Positions 57,439 to 64,000 of a stretch of 64,000 bases of DNA are shown here, piece by piece. The stretch covers positions 128,001-192,000 of the forward strand of contig JAWLHJ010000003.1 of NCBI GenBank assembly GCA_041690395.1, read 5' to 3'. The notes beneath the pieces are model-generated. The model made no database searches, was not told the origin of the DNA, and saw only the letters and a program-made list of their open reading frames with translations. Positions within the stretch are counted from its first letter, which is position 1. Each line of letters opens with the position of its first letter. This DNA is from Longimicrobiales bacterium. Its GTDB lineage: Bacteria > Gemmatimonadota > Gemmatimonadetes > Longimicrobiales > Gaopeijiaceae. The translations under genes were made by a program, and so were the position numbers.

Positions 57439-59877
57439 CTACTGACCCGCTTCCGCGGTGATTGTCGATGCCTGCTTGAGACGGAAGGCATCGCTCTTGA
57501 CTACTCCCATGATCAGCGAAGCGACCGGATACTCACCGTCACGCTCCGCTTCGTTCACGATGCTGCGAATCGTCGGATTGTCGTAGTACTCCATCCGGCG
57601 ACCGATGGCGTAGGCCAAGAGGTTCTCCGTGAAGGTCCGGACCAGCGGAAGAGGCCGCTTGAGCAGCGCATCCGTCAGGTCGCTCGGAGTGTTGATCGGC
57701 GTGCCGTCGTAGAAATCACCGCGGGTGTCGAGGGACGTGCCGTTCTCGCGTACCCGCCATTTGCCCGTAACGTCGAAGTTGTCGAGGGCCAGGCCGATCG
57801 GGTCGATCAAGCTGTGACACGAGTTGCACGTCGGGTTGGCGCGGTGCTGCTCCATCCGCTCACGCGTCGTGAGCACCCGACCATCGCTGGCGGCGTCCGA
57901 CGACTCGTCGAGCGTCGGCACGTTCGGCGGCGGCGGCGGCGGCGGCGTGCCCATGAGCACCTCCATCACCCACTTCCCGCGAAGTACCGGAGAAGTGCGG
58001 TTCGCCAAAGACGTGAGTACCAGAATGCTGCCGTGCCCGAGGATGCCGCTCCGGCCCGACCCTTCCGGATACTGAACCATCTGGAAGTCGTTGCCGGCCA
58101 CCCCGGGAAAGCCGTAATGCGCGGCCAACCGATCGTTGACGAACGTGTAGTCCGCAGTGAACAGGTCGAGCACGTCGCCGTTCTCGTCGACGAGATGGTT
58201 GAAGAGCATCTCCGTCTCGAGCTGCATCGCGTCCGCGAGGTTCTCGTCGAAATTCGGATAGTAGTTCGGGTCCGGCCGGACCTTGAACAGATCCTGGAGC
58301 CGGAGCCACTGCGACGCGAACCTGTGCGCCAGGGCGTCGGCCCTCGGATCCGCGAGCATCCTCTGCGCCTGCCGCTCGAGCTCGTCCACGTCGGACAGGT
58401 CGCCCTCACGCGCCACGGCCCGGAGCTCCTCGTCGGGCGGCGTGCCCCACAAGAAGAAGGAAAGGCGGGACGCGAGGTCCATGTCGTTCAACTCGTAGAT
58501 CTCACCCGGGCCGACGTTCTCCGGAGTCCGCTCGAGCCGAAGCGTGAAGAACGGGCTGGCCAGGATCGCCTCGAGGGCGTCGCGGATGCCTCGCTCGAAC
58601 CCTCCCTTCTCCACGCCGCCATGATAGAAGCCCATCAGGCCCTCGAGCTCGTCCTCTGCGACGGGCCGGCGGTATGCCTGGCTGGCCAGCCGCCCGAGGA
58701 TCTCGCGGGCGCAGGGCTCCATCTCGTCCTCACCCACGGGACGGCAGGAGAAGATGCGCTGACGCGCCTCCGTCTCGGACACGCCCGTCGTACGGATCGG
58801 GCCCACGATGACCATGTCGCGAAGGTGCGGCAGCGTGGTGATGCCCGATCCACCGGCACCGCCGCCCGCCATCGACCAGTCGTGCGGCCGCATGAGATCC
58901 TCGTAGGGCCCCTCGGTCGAGCGGATGAACGCGGCCGACACCGCATGCTGACCGGCGCGGATGAACACGGGCTCGGTCCGCTGCGGAATGGCGCCACGAC
59001 CGTCCGCGCCACGACCCATGCTCGTGTAGGCGAGCTTCGCCACCTGCTCGCCATCGATGGAGATGTCGAGGTCCTCGAACGGCGAGTTGTCGCCGGACGC
59101 GAACGTCACCTGGAAGAAGTACTCACCGTCCGCCGGGAAGGTGTGGTCGACCACGATGCCGCCACGGGTCCCGTACGGCGCCCCGGGCACGCGGTCCCAG
59201 GGGTGCTGGGAGACGTACTCGGAGTTCTTGTAGGCATGCTCCACGCTTCCCGCGTTCCGGTCGCCGAGGGCCATCCGGCTGATGTCCGACGCGGCGTTCA
59301 GATACGACTCGAGCAGCATCGGGGAGATCGCCTGCACGTCCGCGATGTTGTCGAAGCCCGCGCTGATCTGGTCGGCCGGCAGCCACTGGCTGGCGTCGAT
59401 CGACAGGCCGAGCAGGGACTCAATAGCCTGCTCGTACTCGGGCTGATTGAGGCGCTGGAACGTCCGGGTGCCCGGCGCGGGATCCCGCTCGGCGGCCTCG
59501 TCGATGGTGGTCTCGAGCGTCTCGACCAGAACCGCCAGCGTGTCGCCGGCCGGTGTACGTGCTCCGGGCGGGGGCATCATGCCGGCACGGAGCTTCCGGA
59601 TCATGCGCTCGGCAATCTGCGCCTGGTCCGCCGCCGAGGCGACGTCGAAGTCTTCGAGCGAGAGGTTTCCGGTCATCCGACGCTCACTGTGGCACCGGAC
59701 GCAGTTGGCCTGTACGACTTCGTTCAGGTCGGTCGAAGAAAGGTTCGCCGAAGCGGCCTCGACGGTATGGACCGCGGCGACGTCGATATCCGGCTGGACA
59801 TCGGTCGACGTGGCGGTCGTCCCCCACATCACGAGGGATGCTCCGAGGACGACGGAAGTGGCGGCGATGGTCTTCAT
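57439..59877 (-). CDS. Diheme c-type cytochrome DUF1592/DUF1588-family protein (planctomycete type)
   Basis: CVRCH and CNSCH heme motifs, RLNQPEY, LASRLSFFLW, RTSPVLRGKW, PPPPPP. Confidence 0.88.
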   Translation of the reverse strand: MKTIAATSVVLGASLVMWGTTATSTDVQPDIDVAAVHTVEAASANLSSTDLNEVVQANCVRCHSERRMTGNLSLEDFDVASAADQAQIAERMIRKLRAGMMPPPGARTPAGDTLAVLVETLETTIDEAAERDPAPGTRTFQRLNQPEYEQAIESLLGLSIDASQWLPADQISAGFDNIADVQAISPMLLESYLNAASDISRMALGDRNAGSVEHAYKNSEYVSQHPWDRVPGAPYGTRGGIVVDHTFPADGEYFFQVTFASGDNSPFEDLDISIDGEQVAKLAYTSMGRGADGRGAIPQRTEPVFIRAGQHAVSAAFIRSTEGPYEDLMRPHDWSMAGGGAGGSGITTLPHLRDMVIVGPIRTTGVSETEARQRIFSCRPVGEDEMEPCAREILGRLASQAYRRPVAEDELEGLMGFYHGGVEKGGFERGIRDALEAILASPFFTLRLERTPENVGPGEIYELNDMDLASRLSFFLWGTPPDEELRAVAREGDLSDVDELERQAQRMLADPRADALAHRFASQWLRLQDLFKVRPDPNYYPNFDENLADAMQLETEMLFNHLVDENGDVLDLFTADYTFVNDRLAAHYGFPGVAGNDFQMVQYPEGSGRSGILGHGSILVLTSLANRTSPVLRGKWVMEVLMGTPPPPPPPNVPTLDESSDAASDGRVLTTRERMEQHRANPTCNSCHSLIDPIGLALDNFDVTGKWRVRENGTSLDTRGDFYDGTPINTPSDLTDALLKRPLPLVRTFTENLLAYAIGRRMEYYDNPTIRSIVNEAERDGEYPVASLIMGVVKSDAFRLKQASTITAEAGQ

Positions 59878-60060
59878 CTAGCTCGACTTCTTGAGGGGTT
59901 GGTAGAGCATTCGAAGTGTAGGCCGTAGGCGCTGTTCCTCGCAAGGACGATCGGCCCTGTTCCAGGGTTGCGTCGCCCACTCATGAACAAGGACAGCGTT
60001 CGTGACCGTTTTGTTGAGAAGCCTTCCGATTACGGGGTGCTGTTCGTCGCGCATCGATAC

Positions 60061-60100
60061 ACGAAAGCGCCGAGTACCCGAAGGTCCTCGGCGCTTTCGT
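60061..60100 (-). terminator. Hairpin terminator downstream of tRNA-Gly
   Basis: acgaaagcgccgag-N12-ctcggcgctttcgt, 14-bp perfect stem. Confidence 0.75.
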
Positions 60101-60106
60101 CTTCAG

Positions 60107-60179
60107 AGCGGGAGACCGGGCTCGAACCGGCGACCCTCAGCTTGGGAAGCTGATGCTCTACCAACTGAGCTACTCCCGC
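60107..60179 (-). tRNA. tRNA-Gly (anticodon CCC), CCA not encoded
   Basis: GCGGGAGTAGCTCAGTTGGTAGAGCATCAGC-TTCCCAA-GCTGAGGGTCGCCGGTTCGAGCCCGGTCTCCCGCT. Confidence 0.95.
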
Positions 60180-60267
60180 ACACGGCGCAAATCTAGCAGC
60201 GCCCCGGAACCGGTCAACAACCCCGCCCCGCCACGCGGCGCCCCCGCCGCCACATGGGCCGAGGGCA

Positions 60268-60308
60268 CAAACGAAAGCGGGCGGCCCGGATCGTCCGGAC
60301 CGCCCGCT
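60268..60308 (-). terminator. Probable terminator after the TPR lipoprotein gene
   Basis: agcgggcgg..ccgcccgct stem followed by TTCGTTT on the minus strand. Confidence 0.6.
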
Positions 60309-60335
60309 CACTTCATCGAGCCGAAGCTCCGTGGT

Positions 60336-61769
60336 TCAGCCCACCGACAGCGTGTAGCCGTAGCCGCCGACCTGCTGCGTGGAGTCGAACTCGATCTGGA
60401 AAAGCTCGCTCATGCCCTGCTCGCCCACGGACATCGTGTGGTCGACGGTGCCGAGCTGGCCGCCGTCGATCGAATAGAACGTGAACGTCAGGGTCACCGA
60501 CGTGCCGGCCGAAAGGTCCTGGTTCGACACCGTGCCCGTCACCTGGGCGCCGCCCGAGGGGTAACGCCGCATCTGCAGCTCGTCGACCGTCACCTCCAGG
60601 GCTTCGATCCGCTGCACGAGCTCGCCGGCCGTCTGGCCGTCGCCCATCTGGTTCGCCGACTGCGCGTAGATGAGCAGCGCGTTCTGGCTGTTCGGGTCCA
60701 GCTCGATCCAGCGCTCCGCGACATCCGGGACGTCGGCGTAGACCGAGTCGATCTGGAGGGAGCGCGCCCACATCTCGAGGGCGTCGCGGTCCATCCGGTT
60801 CGCCTCGGCCGCCCGGCCGAAGGCCTCGGCCGCGCGCTCGTAATCACCGCCCTGGTAGAAGCCGATGCCGATCCGGTAGAGATCCGTGGGTCCGACGGCC
60901 GGATCGTCGAGGAGCCGCCCGTAGATCTCCATCGCCCCGGCCTCGTCCCCGGTCTGCATCTGGGTGGCCGCGAGGTTCATGGCCATCTGGATGTCGCCCG
61001 GGTTCTCCGCGAGGATCTCGGTGAACACCGCGGACGCTTCCTCGAAGCGGCCGGCGTCGGACAGGACCTGCGCACGCAGCAGCGGCAGCTCCTCCCCCTG
61101 CTCGCGCCACGCCGCCAGCGTCTCGGCGTCCAGGTCCTCCTCGCTCGCGCCCTCGATGATCTCTTCCGCCGCATCGAGGTTCTCGAGGGCCTGATCGTGC
61201 TGCCGGAGCTGCGCGTAGATCTGAGCCGCCGTGATGAACGCTTCCGGCCGGCCCGTGAAGATCGCGTTGGCGTCGTCGAGGTACACGACCGCCGCCTCGT
61301 ACTCCGCCTCGCCGATGAGCGGCATGGCCTCGTTGTAGAGGTCGATCCAGGTCTGCTCCCGCAACTGTGCGTCCTGGAAGTCGTAGAGCGGATAGAGCTC
61401 ACCGGCGCGGTCGAAGAACGCACCGGCTTCCTGGTAGTTGCCGAGCCCCATGCTGGCCAGGGCCGCGAGCCGGTGACCCAGCGGGTTCCGCGGATTCGCG
61501 GCGATCTCGGCTTCAGCGGCGGCCAGAGCCTGCGTGTAGAGCGGTTCCGCCGCGGCCGGGCTACCGGCGTCCTCGGCGGACTCGATGAGCTCGCGGGCCT
61601 GGTCCGTGTTGTCCGTCTCGCTGGGCGGCACGCCTTCGTCGGCGCCCGACGCCTCGGCGATCATTCCGGCGACGCCGCCGCCACCGCCACCACCGCCACC
61701 GCCTGACGCGCAACCGGTAAGACCGAGTCCGAACGCTGCTGCCAGGACGAGTCCATAGCGGATCTTCAT
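60336..61769 (-). CDS. TPR lipoprotein with Gly linker and C-terminal beta domain
   Basis: Lipobox LTGC, G9 linker, multiple TPRs, VTGTVSN..VTLTFTFY C-terminal domain; GGAGG RBS. Confidence 0.8.
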   Translation of the reverse strand: MKIRYGLVLAAAFGLGLTGCASGGGGGGGGGGVAGMIAEASGADEGVPPSETDNTDQARELIESAEDAGSPAAAEPLYTQALAAAEAEIAANPRNPLGHRLAALASMGLGNYQEAGAFFDRAGELYPLYDFQDAQLREQTWIDLYNEAMPLIGEAEYEAAVVYLDDANAIFTGRPEAFITAAQIYAQLRQHDQALENLDAAEEIIEGASEEDLDAETLAAWREQGEELPLLRAQVLSDAGRFEEASAVFTEILAENPGDIQMAMNLAATQMQTGDEAGAMEIYGRLLDDPAVGPTDLYRIGIGFYQGGDYERAAEAFGRAAEANRMDRDALEMWARSLQIDSVYADVPDVAERWIELDPNSQNALLIYAQSANQMGDGQTAGELVQRIEALEVTVDELQMRRYPSGGAQVTGTVSNQDLSAGTSVTLTFTFYSIDGGQLGTVDHTMSVGEQGMSELFQIEFDSTQQVGGYGYTLSVG

Positions 61770-61890
61770 CCTTGGAACCTCCATTGGGTCATGTATTGGG
61801 GGAAGACTGGGTAACTTAGGAGGCCCTCGGAAAGACGCCAAGGTCTCAGGAGTTCCTGCCGTGGAATCATGATGCAAGGACCCTGCCGTA

Positions 61891-63717
61891 TCAGCGCCCC
61901 AGGTAGGTGAGGATCCGGCTGGCCAGCGCTTCGGAGAAACCCGGAACCCGGGCGATCTCCTCCCTGGTCGCCTCCTTCACGCCCCTGAGCGATCCGAACC
62001 GTCGGAGCAGGGTCTCCTGCCGCTTCGGCCCGACGCCGGGAATGTCGGCCAACTCGCTCCGAATGGTGCGCCGGCTACGGAGCTTCCGATTGTATCGTAC
62101 CGCGAATCGGTGGGCCTCGTTCCGGATCCGTTGCAGCAGATGCAGCGCCCTGTCACGGCGATCGAGCACGACGGGCTCCGCGCGCCCGGGAAGGAAGACC
62201 TCCTCCTCCCGCTTGGCGAGGGCGACGACCGCCACGTCGTCGAGGCCCATGTCGCGAAGCGCGGAGACGGCCGAGCCGAGCTGACCCTTGCCTCCGTCGA
62301 TGACCGCCAGGTCGGGAACGGGCGTCTCGCGCTCGACACACCGTGCGAAGTATCGCTGGACCGCCTCGTGCATCGACCGATAGTCGTCGTTGCCCCATTC
62401 CCCGCGGATCTTCATGTGCCGGTACATCGAGCGCTTCGGCTCACCGTTCTCGAACACGACGGCGCTGGCCACGGTGTCGGTCCCCTGGATATGCGAGACG
62501 TCGAAGCACACCATAAGGCGGGGAACGACCTTGAGGTCCAGCTCGTCCTGCAGGCTGAACAGAGCGTCGTCGGCGCGGTCCGCCGCATACGCCAACGCGG
62601 TCACACGGTCCTCGAGCAGCTGACGGGCGTTCTGCTCCGCCAGCTCGACGAGCCTGAGCTTCTCGCCCTGTTTCGGAATCTTCATCGCCACCGCCCGGCC
62701 GGCCCGTTCCGAGAGAACGCCCGCCAGGACCTCGCGATCCTCGAAGTCCCCGGGGAGCAGCACCTCGCGCGGGAGATCGGCCATGCCCGCGTCGCCGCCG
62801 CCGAGGTAGTAGCGGGAGAGGAGCGAGCCGAGGAGCTCCCCGTCCGGAGCGTCCTCGAGGCCGGTGAAGCGTTGAGCCTCCCGACCCAGCAAAAGCCCGG
62901 CCCGCACCCGCATGACCGCGCCGGCGCCCAGCGCGCCGTCACGAGCCACCCCGACGACGTCGAAATCGCCTCCCCTGGCGCGTTGGACGCGCTGCTCGCT
63001 GGCGATGGCGTCCAGGCCGCCGAGCACGTCGCGTAAGTTCGCCGCACGCTCGAACTCCAGCTCACGCGATGCCTTCCGCATGCGGGCTTCGACATGCTCG
63101 CGGAGTCCTTCCGTATCGCCTTCCAGAATCCGCACGATCTCGTCGATCATGCCCCGATAGTCTCCCTCCGACTGGAGGCCGACGCAGGGCGCCGCGCAGC
63201 GTCCGATGTGGTAGTCCAGGCAGGGCCGATCGGGCGCCTCGCGCGGCAGGTCGTAGCGGCAAGAACGGACCGTGTGCAGCCGCTTGATCACCTCCAGCGC
63301 TTGCCGCATCGGCCCGACCGAGGTGTACGGCCCGAAGTAGCGGCCGCCGTCGTTGACGACCCTGCGCGTGACGAACACCCGTGGGAAAGGCTCCTGGACC
63401 GTCACCTTGATGTACGGATATCGCTTGTCGTCACGCAGCAGAATGTTGAAGCGAGGTCGGTGCTCCTTGATCAGGTTGGCTTCGAGGATGAGCGCCTCGG
63501 CCTCGGACCCGACCACGATCGTGTCGAGTCCGTCCACGTGCCGCATCAACTCACGATTCTTCGCGCTCAGGTCGGCGGAGCGCTGGAAGTAGCTTCGGAC
63601 CCTCGGCCGCAGCGACTTGGCCTTCCCGACGTAGAGCACCCGCCCCCGATCGTCCTTGAAGAGATAGACGCCGGGCTTCGTGGAGAGCCGGGGCAGCGCG
63701 TCCTTGTCGACCGGCAT
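61891..63717 (-). CDS. uvrC: Excinuclease ABC subunit C
   Basis: PGVYLFKD..YVGKAK, LRDDKRYPY, CFDVSH, IDGGKGQL, RNEAHRFA, HhH pair. Confidence 0.97.
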   Translation of the reverse strand: MPVDKDALPRLSTKPGVYLFKDDRGRVLYVGKAKSLRPRVRSYFQRSADLSAKNRELMRHVDGLDTIVVGSEAEALILEANLIKEHRPRFNILLRDDKRYPYIKVTVQEPFPRVFVTRRVVNDGGRYFGPYTSVGPMRQALEVIKRLHTVRSCRYDLPREAPDRPCLDYHIGRCAAPCVGLQSEGDYRGMIDEIVRILEGDTEGLREHVEARMRKASRELEFERAANLRDVLGGLDAIASEQRVQRARGGDFDVVGVARDGALGAGAVMRVRAGLLLGREAQRFTGLEDAPDGELLGSLLSRYYLGGGDAGMADLPREVLLPGDFEDREVLAGVLSERAGRAVAMKIPKQGEKLRLVELAEQNARQLLEDRVTALAYAADRADDALFSLQDELDLKVVPRLMVCFDVSHIQGTDTVASAVVFENGEPKRSMYRHMKIRGEWGNDDYRSMHEAVQRYFARCVERETPVPDLAVIDGGKGQLGSAVSALRDMGLDDVAVVALAKREEEVFLPGRAEPVVLDRRDRALHLLQRIRNEAHRFAVRYNRKLRSRRTIRSELADIPGVGPKRQETLLRRFGSLRGVKEATREEIARVPGFSEALASRILTYLGR

Positions 63718-63719
63718 GC

Positions 63720-64000
63720 TCAGTCCCTCCCCCCGCTCCCCGCTGCGGCGGAGCCGGGAACCGCACGTGGGCGGCGAACGCCGGCCACGGCCAGGTACAC
63801 CAGCCCTCCCGGTACCAGGGTGATCACCGCGGTCAGGATCGGATGCACGTCCGGCGCGACGCCCTGGAGGAATACCGCCACTCCGGCGGCGGCCGCCGCT
63901 CCGGCCGTGAACCGGAGCATGGGCGCCATGCCGGGGCCATGGGGACCGAGACGCCGCCCCAGGGAGCGCCGCAGCAGGCCGAGCTCGAGCCAAGCGCCCA
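63720..64000 (-). CDS. murJ: 3' end of probable lipid II flippase MurJ, truncated by the window edge
   Basis: GAWLELGLLRRSLGRR followed by two TM helices; only the C-terminus is visible. Confidence 0.55.
   Translation of the reverse strand, partial: GAWLELGLLRRSLGRRLGPHGPGMAPMLRFTAGAAAAAGVAVFLQGVAPDVHPILTAVITLVPGGLVYLAVAGVRRPRAVPGSAAAGSGGRD

Noticed and set aside
59898..59910. 13-nt match (GTTGGTAGAGCAT) to the tRNA-Gly D-arm
   Set aside because: Inverted relative to the tRNA, short, and without cloverleaf or att geometry; likely chance.
57814..59928. Long antisense or alternative-frame ORFs (also 30907-32508, 47285-48751, 53864-55507, 55635-57461, 60153-61706 and others)
   Set aside because: Shadow ORFs of real genes, expected with high GC3; no recognisable motifs.
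61671..61705. Short tandem trinucleotide repeats (also near 22600-22615 and 57925-57946)
   Set aside because: In-frame poly-Gly or poly-Pro linkers within proteins, not arrays.

Overview
High-GC bacterial chromosome segment. Gene content and order suggest Gemmatimonadota (inference). From 188 to 18638 is one tightly overlapping + strand run: kdsB-pyrG-kdsA-kdsC-kdsD-lptC-lptA-like-lptB-rpoN, a seven-gene surface-glycosylation block, a CYTH protein and rlpA. It ends next to a 28-bp dif-like XerCD site (18762-18789), which may mark the replication terminus. The most novel element is a ~5.9-kb integrase-less island (24995-30895). It lies between an intact tRNA-Arg(CCT) and a 39/41 copy of that tRNA's 5' half, not the usual 3' half. 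The island carries an orphan ECF sigma factor and three copies of a TGTAACG-N15/16-AGAC motif, each upstream of an island transcription unit: Gre-CTD protein plus D-amino-acid dehydrogenase, YceI-like protein, and ADC-fold protein. It also carries chorismate mutase and prephenate dehydratase behind a candidate leaderless-peptide attenuator. The rest includes argB, a PadR/ADOP permease pair, two convergent paralogous secreted proteins, the DUF512-der-plsY-gpsA-merR-surE-pcm-yqaA operon, an M23 peptidase, a sigma54 activator-TPR-lipoprotein module with NtrC-like boxes, a cytochrome c DUF1592-DUF1552-ankyrin operon, tRNA-Gly(CCC), uvrC and the end of murJ. All calls come from manual motif recognition; no searches were run.
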